The notes under the pieces are model-generated. The model worked only from the letters and a program-made list of their open reading frames with translations. It made no database searches and was not told the DNA's origin. Of a stretch of 28,611 nt of DNA, positions 7,228 through 14,493 are shown in pieces. The stretch is from a virus (Duplodnaviria; Caudoviricetes), in the IMG/VR virus record IMGVR_UViG_3300031577_000012, positions 1-28,611 of that record, one strand, 5' to 3'. Both the position numbers and the translations under genes were made by a program. Position 1 is the stretch's first letter. Each line of letters starts with the position of its first letter.

Positions 7228-8790
7228 TTGGATGGCTTAAAAATGTTTATTCCTATTACTAAAGTAGATGAAGAAAAGCGAGAAGTCTATGGAATAATGA
7301 CAGCCGAAAAAGTGGACAAGTCTGGTGAGTGTCTTGATTATGACCAATCTAAGGGAGAAATACAAAAGTGGTCAGATTCTATCAAGGAACTAAGTAAAGG
7401 AAAATCGCTTGGTAATGTGCGTCGTCAACATTCTGCTGAGGCTGTCGGTAAAGTAGTTGATATTGTATTCAATAATGAAGCCAAACAGGTGGAATGTTGC
7501 TCGAAAATCACTGATGATAAAACTTGGAATGATATTTTAGAAGGAGTAATCAACGGGTATTCAATCGGGGGCTCATATCAAAAGCGATGGTATGATGAAG
7601 AATTGCAAGCCACAAAATACATTCCAAGCATTGCTGAACTATCTGTTGTTGATAATCCTTGTCTTGGTGTAGCTGGATTTGAGGTTATTAAAGCTAACGG
7701 CACAACTGAGCAGCGCGAATTTAAGCACATGGAGGTTAAAACATTGGAAGTTAACAAAGATATACTAGGAGAGTTTCAAAAAGCCCTTGCGACTAATGAC
7801 TTGGCAAAGGCATTTTCTTATGAGGAAATTAGGGATAGGGTTAATGCCGCCATTACGGACAAGGTTAAAACACCTACTAATTACGGATATTTCTGGATAG
7901 AAAATACATATTCAGATTCGGTAATCGTTAAAGGTGATTTAGATGGTGATGGCGATAAGGATTTATGCCGAATTCCTTACACTATTGATGCAGACGGGGC
8001 GGTAACAATAGGAGAAGCCCAGCAGGTTAAAGTTGAATATGTTCCTATAAAAGATGAAACAGGTGGTAATGGGGCAGATGTTCTAACTACTAAATCACAA
8101 AAAAACTTGGATTTAGAAAAGGGAGACAAGGAAGAAAAAGACAAGAAAGACCCCGCTGACAAAGGGAAAGACGACAAGCCCCAAGATGATAAGAAACCAG
8201 ATGACAAAAAGGCCAAAGACAAAAAGCTGGACGATGGCGAGAAACAAGATGATGAGGCAGAAAAAGATAATAAGAAGGATAAAACCGATAAAACTGCTGA
8301 ATCTGACGGTCTTGAAAAGGCCGGGGCCAAGCACTCCAAAGACACATTAGCGGCCTTGCAAAAAATGGCACATGACCTAAACACTATGGGCGGTGCTTGT
8401 AAGTGCGATAAATGCGCTGGCATGTATAAAAAAGACATGGCAAACGCAGCACAGACTAGCGGAATGGAAAAGGCTATTGAAATGAATCAGCAACTCGCTA
8501 AAGCAATGGAAGGTATGTCGGTTTTACAGAAGGAATTTGATGGCCTTAAAGCTGATAACGAAGCATTGTCGAAGAAAGTTACTGACCTTGAAAATATGCC
8601 GATGCCAGGAGGCCCAGTTTTGGGTGGCGGTGCTGTGATAAATAAATCATTGGCTGGTAATATGGCTAAAGAAAATGCCCCTAGCAATGAATTGGATTTG
8701 CTCAAACGGCTACGGGATGAAGAAAAAGACCCGATGCTTAAACAGATGTTAAGTCAAAAAGTTGCGATTGCGACATATAACGCACAATAG
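7228..8790 (+). CDS. Prohead protease (XkdF-like) fused to a scaffold region
   Basis: FIPITKVDEEKREVYG, QH, GYSIGG and ELSVVDNP motifs. Lys/Asp-rich linker and C-terminal coiled coil. Lies between portal and capsid genes. TTG start. Confidence 0.85.
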   Translation: MDGLKMFIPITKVDEEKREVYGIMTAEKVDKSGECLDYDQSKGEIQKWSDSIKELSKGKSLGNVRRQHSAEAVGKVVDIVFNNEAKQVECCSKITDDKTWNDILEGVINGYSIGGSYQKRWYDEELQATKYIPSIAELSVVDNPCLGVAGFEVIKANGTTEQREFKHMEVKTLEVNKDILGEFQKALATNDLAKAFSYEEIRDRVNAAITDKVKTPTNYGYFWIENTYSDSVIVKGDLDGDGDKDLCRIPYTIDADGAVTIGEAQQVKVEYVPIKDETGGNGADVLTTKSQKNLDLEKGDKEEKDKKDPADKGKDDKPQDDKKPDDKKAKDKKLDDGEKQDDEAEKDNKKDKTDKTAESDGLEKAGAKHSKDTLAALQKMAHDLNTMGGACKCDKCAGMYKKDMANAAQTSGMEKAIEMNQQLAKAMEGMSVLQKEFDGLKADNEALSKKVTDLENMPMPGGPVLGGGAVINKSLAGNMAKENAPSNELDLLKRLRDEEKDPMLKQMLSQKVAIATYNAQ

Positions 8791-8813
8791 ACCGCTAAAA
8801 CAGCGGTTTTTTT
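8791..8813 (+). terminator. Terminator-like hairpin upstream of the capsid gene
   Basis: ACCGCT-AAAAC-AGCGGT followed by a T-tract. Confidence 0.6.
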
Positions 8814-8846
8814 GTTGCCTAAATTTAAGGAGGAATTATTTAAAAT

Positions 8847-10283
8847 ATGGATAACATGACCCAAATTACCCAAGAAACCCTTGATATGGTGAAATCAGCG
8901 CAAGACATGAATAAAGCGATTACCTTGGCTACTGGCCTTTCCGGCTATTCCTTGGAAGCACCTGCGAAACAGCTAGTTCCATTCCTTTCGCCTTTGCGTA
9001 ACCAGATTCCACGTAAACTTTCTAAGACAGGCTCTAGCGTACATTGGAAAGCAATTAGTGCCGTTGATGCGGCTGGTAAAGCTACTGCGGCAGAAGCAAC
9101 CAGAGGCAACGGAATGTCTTATACTCTGGAAGATAAATTAGCAACCTTCAAAGTTATTTCATTGCAAGACAGCGTGTCGCTTGAATCCGAAGCGGCTGGA
9201 CGTAATTTCCAAGATGCTAAAGCTACGGCGGCAACTAACTTGTTGTTGCGTGTAATGACCGAAGAAGAAAAGCTAATTCTCGGCGGTAATATTACCTCGC
9301 TGGGAACTATGTCCGCACCTACAGTAGCCACTTCGACCACTGGAGGCTCTATTGAGGCTAATACGTACTATGTAAAGGTCGCGGCGTTGACTCTTGTAGC
9401 GGCTAACCGTGTCGTATTGAACAGTCAGAAAGCTAGTCTTGTATTGGGCGTAACTGCAACCGATTCTTCAAATGCTACTATATCAGGCGCATATGACGGT
9501 GTAACGGCGGCAAGTTCTAATACGTCTATTACTACCACTGGTAGTGCATCAACCTTGACCCTTACTGCAACTCCGATTAGCGGCGCGTTGGCTTATGCTT
9601 GGTTTATTGGTACGACTTCCGGCTCTGAAACTTTGCAGATCGTAACTACTAACAGTGCAGTAACCATTGAAAAAATTGTATCGGGTGGAACTACTGCACC
9701 AACCGCTGACGGTTCTGGCGATGCTCTTGCATTTGACGGTATTATTCCTCAGATTATTAATGGTGGTGGCTATTACCTTGATATGGCTAACGGTCAATTG
9801 ACCCAAGCTAGTGGTGGTGTAGAACAGCTTGACGAATTGAACAGTTATCTATTCCAAAACTTCAAAATCGGCCCGACTCGCTACCTTGTATCCGAACAAT
9901 TACACAAAGATATTACTTCGGCTATTATTAGTGGTGCTGGTGCCCCTACGTTGTTTGTAAACAATGCGGAGAAAAACGATATTACTGGTAACTATTTGGC
10001 AACTAAGTATGTAAATAAATCGTATGGCGGCAATATTGTTAAGATCGAAGCGCACCCGTGGCTACCAAATGGGACTATGATCGCTATGGCTGACAATGTT
10101 CCTTATCCTAACGCCAATATTCCTTCCGTAATGGAAATTGAGTGCGGCTATGATTATCGTCAAATCGAGTATGCTTTCACTAGCCCGAAATATGAATTTG
10201 AGGTACGTTCGTATGAAGCATTGAAACATTACTTCCCATCGGCACAGGCTATTATTACCAACGTTAAGTCAGGTATTGCCTAA
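8847..10283 (+). CDS. Major capsid protein with an internal Thr/Ser-rich insertion
   Basis: Follows the protease/scaffold gene and has a very strong RBS. Motifs PLRNQIPR, EEKLILGG...AFDGI, IEAHPWLPNG and a C-terminal IITNV are typical of HK97-fold capsid proteins. Confidence 0.88.
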   Translation: MDNMTQITQETLDMVKSAQDMNKAITLATGLSGYSLEAPAKQLVPFLSPLRNQIPRKLSKTGSSVHWKAISAVDAAGKATAAEATRGNGMSYTLEDKLATFKVISLQDSVSLESEAAGRNFQDAKATAATNLLLRVMTEEEKLILGGNITSLGTMSAPTVATSTTGGSIEANTYYVKVAALTLVAANRVVLNSQKASLVLGVTATDSSNATISGAYDGVTAASSNTSITTTGSASTLTLTATPISGALAYAWFIGTTSGSETLQIVTTNSAVTIEKIVSGGTTAPTADGSGDALAFDGIIPQIINGGGYYLDMANGQLTQASGGVEQLDELNSYLFQNFKIGPTRYLVSEQLHKDITSAIISGAGAPTLFVNNAEKNDITGNYLATKYVNKSYGGNIVKIEAHPWLPNGTMIAMADNVPYPNANIPSVMEIECGYDYRQIEYAFTSPKYEFEVRSYEALKHYFPSAQAIITNVKSGIA

Positions 10284-10300
10284 GTAATTAATACAGCAAG

Positions 10301-10332
10301 GGGGCACTAAATACAGTGCCCCTATATTATTT
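10301..10332 (+). terminator. Hairpin after the capsid gene
   Basis: GGGGCACT-AAATAC-AGTGCCCC is a perfect 8-bp stem followed by an AT-rich tail. Confidence 0.65.
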
Positions 10333-10349
10333 AGAAGGAAGGTTTTCGA

Positions 10350-10523
10350 ATGGCTGATGAAGCTAAGCAAGAAATTAAACAAGAGTTAATCGAACTCGAA
10401 CACAATATAAAAAACGGTGTAATGGTTATCGGCGGTACGGCTTATGAAATTGTCAAAGGCAAAGTTAAGGTCGCGGCTGAACACCTGGACGAAGCAATCA
10501 AGCACATAAAAATGAGTAAATAG
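10350..10523 (+). CDS. Small 57-aa protein, not in the ORF track
   Basis: MADEAKQEIKQELIELEHNIKNGVMVIGGTAYEIVKGKVKVAAEHLDEAIKHIKMSK*. AAGGAAGG RBS. Ends 2 nt before the next gene. Confidence 0.75.
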   Translation: MADEAKQEIKQELIELEHNIKNGVMVIGGTAYEIVKGKVKVAAEHLDEAIKHIKMSK

Positions 10524-10525
10524 TT

Positions 10526-11125
10526 ATGGCCTATTGTGCATTAACCGACCTTATTGAGTTAGGTTACACATGGGAAACCACCGATGAAACCAACATTACG
10601 GCTATATGTGATACTGCATCTAAGGCAATTGATGCTTACTGTAAGCAGACGTTTGTCCAGGGTACTAGCGTAGCAGAAATGCACCAAGTCAGAGTAAAGG
10701 ATGGCTATGTTAAAGTATTTCCCAGGAATATGACAGTGTCTTCTATTGATTCAATAGTGTATAAAATCGTTGGTTCTACATTGTCATATACATGTGCTGA
10801 TTCGCTATATGTGCCTTATGGTGGCTATGTTCTAGCCAATACGACAGCACCTAATGGAACTTACCTTGCGACGTTGACCTATTCATATGGTTATGCGCCT
10901 GGAAGTTACCCCGGTGAGATAGTTAAAGCGGCTGTAATGGCATGCGCGCCGCAATTGGATGATTATTTCTTATCCTCAGACGCTAATGTTAGTATGGTTA
11001 AGTCAATAAAGCAAGGCAACCTTCATATACAGAGAGAAGACACGGACAAGTTACCTCAGTCAGTTATGGATATATTGAATGGCGGTAATTGTGGCCTTGG
11101 TTGGGTTAGGGTGAGGGCAGGATGA
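10526..11125 (+). CDS. Head-tail adaptor (HK97 gp6/SPP1 gp15-like)
   Basis: MAYCALTDL, ASKAIDAYCKQTF, YSYGY...PGEIVKA and LPQSVMDIL motifs, plus gene order. Confidence 0.8.
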   Translation: MAYCALTDLIELGYTWETTDETNITAICDTASKAIDAYCKQTFVQGTSVAEMHQVRVKDGYVKVFPRNMTVSSIDSIVYKIVGSTLSYTCADSLYVPYGGYVLANTTAPNGTYLATLTYSYGYAPGSYPGEIVKAAVMACAPQLDDYFLSSDANVSMVKSIKQGNLHIQREDTDKLPQSVMDILNGGNCGLGWVRVRAG

Positions 11126-11442
11126 TATTACCTTATAACGTAAAAGTGCAACGGTATGTAGTCAGTGGGCAGTCGGCAACAGGTAGACCTACTGAAACGC
11201 TGTCAACTATAACCGAAAGCCTGTCATGCGATTTACAGCCAGAGGGCGGTACAATTGTAGTTCCAGCACAAGGCCAAACTGCTATTTACTACAAAAATAT
11301 GTTTTGTAAGCCTACAGACATTAAGGTTAATGACATAATAACTGATTTAAGCACTAGCGAGAAATTTAAAGTTATTACCACAAATAGCTATTGGATGTTG
11401 AAGCATATGGAAATACGGTTGGAAGGTGGTACGATACAATGA
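11122..11442 (+). CDS. Head closure/stopper protein (SPP1 gp16-like)
   Basis: 106 aa, beta-rich, with DIKVNDII...KFKV...HMEIRL. ATGA overlap with the adaptor gene, plus gene order. Confidence 0.75.
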   Translation: MILPYNVKVQRYVVSGQSATGRPTETLSTITESLSCDLQPEGGTIVVPAQGQTAIYYKNMFCKPTDIKVNDIITDLSTSEKFKVITTNSYWMLKHMEIRLEGGTIQ

Positions 11443-11720
11443 GCGATGTTAAGACACTTTACAGTAGCGAGTCACTATATCCAAAGAAAGCTATTTCATA
11501 TAATGATAAGCCAAAGGCTAAAGCTAAGGATAACTTTCCGATTGTTGAAATTGATACGTTGCGTAGTGACGAAGAAACAGAGTTTGGGTTCGGCTTGAAG
11601 GTGTGGATTGATGGGAAAAAGGTATTTGCACCGCAAAAATGCGAGATTATTGCAGGCTCAGAAGATTTTACAATGGTAAGGCTGGAATTTCCTGCAATTA
11701 TTAAGAAACATGACGGTTAA
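11439..11720 (+). CDS. Hypothetical protein in the neck module
   Basis: ATG 11439 has an ATGA overlap and an AAGGTGG RBS. 93 aa. Overlaps the start of the next gene. Confidence 0.65.
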   Translation: MSDVKTLYSSESLYPKKAISYNDKPKAKAKDNFPIVEIDTLRSDEETEFGFGLKVWIDGKKVFAPQKCEIIAGSEDFTMVRLEFPAIIKKHDG

Positions 11721-12153
11721 TATTCAAGGCTTAGACGCTGTTATTGCCAACATACAAAATATCGTACCTGCCGAAGCCGCCAAGATGGGTGCTAGGCTTT
11801 CCGTTGCTGGTGGCATAGTAGAAAGTAATGTTAAACGACATGCCGAACTAACTGACCATAGCCTCAAAGAATTAGCCGACATGGGACACCCTTACAGCCC
11901 TAAATACCCTGCCAATACGCCGCATAGTGATGATATGGTGCATCAGCAATCAGGCACACTATACGCAAATATAGAGAAAAGCGAAGACTTGAACCTTATT
12001 AATCCGAAGGTCGAGATCGGAGTCCAGGAAAGTAAAGTACCGTATATTGCTGACCTGATTACAGGCACTTCTAAGATGCGGCCTAGAAACTTTATCGGCG
12101 GTGCATTTAAGGAATCGCTGGCAGAAGTAATGACCACTATACAAAGTGGGTGA
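11710..12153 (+). CDS. HK97 gp10-like tail completion/neck protein
   Basis: N-terminal VNIQGLDAV, SGTL..NI, and the C-terminal GTSKMRPRNFI signature. Confidence 0.85.
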   Translation: MTVNIQGLDAVIANIQNIVPAEAAKMGARLSVAGGIVESNVKRHAELTDHSLKELADMGHPYSPKYPANTPHSDDMVHQQSGTLYANIEKSEDLNLINPKVEIGVQESKVPYIADLITGTSKMRPRNFIGGAFKESLAEVMTTIQSG

Positions 12154-12159
12154 TGAACA

Positions 12160-12618
12160 ATATCAATAGTAACTTATGACCCGATTATAGCGACAATACG
12201 AACATATTTACTGGCTAACAGTAGTATTACATCCTTACTGGGTACTTTTACAGACTCAAGTAGTAATACATGCTATGCCATATATCCAGGCTATATCAGC
12301 GGTGTAAATAACCCTGTTTTCCCATGTATAACAATTATGAAGGACACATCGGAGACATTTGCACAAGCGCCTGTATTCGATGGTGACACCTATTATATTC
12401 ATGGCTGGTCAAAGAATGGGCCAGATGAAGTCGCTTACTTATACAATCTTGTTGTGTCTACTATAGATACGGCAGAAAATATGAGGAGCGCTATTGCAGA
12501 GTTGGCCAAATGCCGTAAAGTAGATGGCAAATTTAACTATGATATAGAAACTCGAACGGATTATTTTATGATTCAGTTTTCTATAATTGCATCACGTGGA
12601 CTAATGAACGCCTGCTAA
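12160..12618 (+). CDS. Tail terminator (SPP1 gp17/lambda gpU-like), probable ATA start
   Basis: The frame is open from 12157. The part upstream of ATG 12337 encodes IIATIRTYLLANSSITSLLG...AIYP...PVFPCITI, typical of terminator N-termini. Lies directly before the tail tube gene. Confidence 0.7.
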   Translation: MSIVTYDPIIATIRTYLLANSSITSLLGTFTDSSSNTCYAIYPGYISGVNNPVFPCITIMKDTSETFAQAPVFDGDTYYIHGWSKNGPDEVAYLYNLVVSTIDTAENMRSAIAELAKCRKVDGKFNYDIETRTDYFMIQFSIIASRGLMNAC

Positions 12619-12631
12619 GGGCGTATTTTTT
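12608..12631 (+). terminator. Terminator-like hairpin upstream of the tail tube gene
   Basis: ACGCCT-GCTAA-GGGCGT followed by ATTTTTT. Confidence 0.5.
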
Positions 12632-12662
12632 ATTGTAAATTTTTAAGGAGGAATTATTTTTT

Positions 12663-13751
12663 ATGGGTAATCAATATCCTTTTGGTTGTGCGTCTGTATA
12701 CGCTGTTGACTCGGACGGTATACCACAAGAGCTAATGAGTATCAGCGATATTACGCTTGACTTCAACCGAGATTCGAAAGAATTGGTAACACGCAGAGCA
12801 TACGCCGATATTATCGCACTAGGCAAAGGCACCATTAGCGGTAAGGGAACGATCAACGTTGTTAATAAAGACGCTATGGAACAACTATTTAACGGTGTCG
12901 GTTCAAGTACCGCAGGTCAACGGCTATGGCTACAAGAAGCGTTCTCACTGTCGGCAGGAACGTCAACATATACCGTTGCACAGGCGGCTAATTTCTATCA
13001 GGATTTGGGCGTTAAAAAAGTCATTGGCTCGACTAACTCCAAAATTCTAAAAGGAACTACTTCTACCGTTCCGGGCGTTGGCGAATACTATTGCGCTGAT
13101 GGTGTGTATACCTTCAATAGTTCGGATACAACTTCCGCTATGTCTGGTGTGGCAAGTTATTTGTATTCGAAAACAGCTACAGCAGGGGCGATGACCTACA
13201 CTGTAACCACTAACGCGGTGGCGGCTGATACGGTTACAGTTGCTGGAGTAACCCTTACAGCAACCGCGGCTACAACCGATAGCACTAATTTTGAGGTTGG
13301 CACTACCATTGCGGCTACTGTAGCAAATATTGTTACCGCATTGAACGCCAATACTACGGTTACAAACCTCTATACTGTAACTACCACTGGTGCAACCTTT
13401 ACCCTGACTGAAACGGATGCAGGTGAAGGGAATACTCCTGCCGCCGCAACATACACGGGCACAATTGTTATCTCTAGCGGAACGGCTACTACTTCCGTAT
13501 CTGCTGACGGTAATATTATTGCCCTGACTAACGTAAAACAAGCCGCCGCGACATTTTTCTCGATGTTCATCCAAGGCGACTTGATTAATAAACAGAATGA
13601 ATCTAAGCAAATGAATGTATGGCTAAATTGCTGTTTGTCGAGTAAGATCGGCATGGCATGGAAGTCAGAAGCGTTCAACGGCTCATCTTTCGACTTTAAA
13701 GCAACAGCAGACGATTTGAACAGTCTAGGCTGGATTAGTATGGGAAGTTAA
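12663..13751 (+). CDS. Major tail tube protein with inserted accessory domains
   Basis: PFGC..VY, ISDITLDF...KEL, ALGKGTISGK and C-terminal FDFKATADD tube motifs. Strong RBS. Lies before the chaperone and tape measure genes. Confidence 0.85.
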   Translation: MGNQYPFGCASVYAVDSDGIPQELMSISDITLDFNRDSKELVTRRAYADIIALGKGTISGKGTINVVNKDAMEQLFNGVGSSTAGQRLWLQEAFSLSAGTSTYTVAQAANFYQDLGVKKVIGSTNSKILKGTTSTVPGVGEYYCADGVYTFNSSDTTSAMSGVASYLYSKTATAGAMTYTVTTNAVAADTVTVAGVTLTATAATTDSTNFEVGTTIAATVANIVTALNANTTVTNLYTVTTTGATFTLTETDAGEGNTPAAATYTGTIVISSGTATTSVSADGNIIALTNVKQAAATFFSMFIQGDLINKQNESKQMNVWLNCCLSSKIGMAWKSEAFNGSSFDFKATADDLNSLGWISMGS

Positions 13752-13770
13752 TGTAAATTAAGTGAACAAA

Positions 13771-13791
13771 GGGGCGCTGTAATGGCGCTCC
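13771..13791 (+). terminator. Hairpin after the tail tube gene
   Basis: GGGGCGC-TGTAATG-GCGCTCC stem with a weak U-tract. Confidence 0.45.
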
Positions 13792-13823
13792 TAATTAAAT
13801 TTGGAAATAAGGTGGTTTTAATT

Positions 13824-14207
13824 TTGGTAAAAGTTAAAGGCGTTGAAATAGAATTAAATGGTCAAAAGTATATATTGCCTCCGCTACCGATAAAGGCTTT
13901 TTCAAAAGGTGATGCAAGTGCAAAACTGAAAAAGATTAATGATGATATGCGTAATATTAATGATGATGGACTAGGGGCTATTACGGCTGAAAGTTGGAGT
14001 AATCTTGTTGAATTGGTTGTTACCGCATTACGGCGCAATTATCCTGATATTGAAGCTGAAGAAGTTGAAAATGGTTTTGAAGATGTAACTGCGCTAATGG
14101 GCGTTATGCAAAATCTTGTTTCTCAGTCAACAGAATTTAAGGATAAAGTTGAATTAGAGAGAAAAAACGCTACGGAGAAGTTTCTGGAACACAAGAAAAA
14201 GGCTTAA
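13824..14207 (+). CDS. Tail assembly chaperone (gpG-like)
   Basis: TTG 13824 follows an AAGGTGG RBS, whereas the track start at 13782 lies inside a hairpin. IELNGQKYILPPL and ALRRNYPD motifs. Slippery site near the 3' end. Confidence 0.8.
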   Translation: MVKVKGVEIELNGQKYILPPLPIKAFSKGDASAKLKKINDDMRNINDDGLGAITAESWSNLVELVVTALRRNYPDIEAEEVENGFEDVTALMGVMQNLVSQSTEFKDKVELERKNATEKFLEHKKKA

Positions 14208-14479
14208 TATGGTTTGAAGTTTATCCCAAAATGGCGGCTAGTTTCGGCTATACGGAGCAATATGTAGACGAAGAACTAGATACAGAAACTTTGTTTTTTC
14301 ATCTTGATTACATACGGAATAATCCTCCTGCTGGAACAATGCTAAAATTATTTTTTGAAGCGTTCGCGTCTAGTAAGGGCGGCAATAAAGCCAATAAGAC
14401 CGCAGAGCCTAGTAATGTTAGTCGCAGCCTAGAGGGTTTTGTGGAAGATTTTACGGGCGCTGGCGGTTCATTTAAATAG
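14162..14479 (+). CDS. Frameshift extension of the tail chaperone (gpT-like), reached by -1 slip
   Basis: A-AAA-AAC heptamer at 14162-14168 is in correct phase. The -1 frame is open from there (KKRYGEVSGTQEKGLIWFEVYPKM...) into ORF 14231..14479, which lacks an RBS. Confidence 0.8.
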   Translation, partial: KKRYGEVSGTQEKGLIWFEVYPKMAASFGYTEQYVDEELDTETLFFHLDYIRNNPPAGTMLKLFFEAFASSKGGNKANKTAEPSNVSRSLEGFVEDFTGAGGSFK

Positions 14480-14493
14480 GAAAGGAGGATTTT

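Noticed and set aside
7977-8705. Several hydrophobic minus-strand ORFs (7977-8438, 8090-8371, 8113-8334, 8487-8705)
   Set aside because: They are antisense shadows of the purine-rich Lys/Asp low-complexity scaffold linker, so the apparent hydrophobicity is an artefact.
12151-12156. Stop-codon reassignment or readthrough at TGA-TGA
   Set aside because: TGA, TAA and TAG all terminate other well-defined genes at expected lengths, and two consecutive stops make readthrough unlikely.
13047-13678. Minus-strand ORFs opposite the tail tube, and likewise 24301-24834 opposite the fibre
   Set aside because: They mirror Thr/Ala codon runs that lack antisense stops. I see no independent coding signal.
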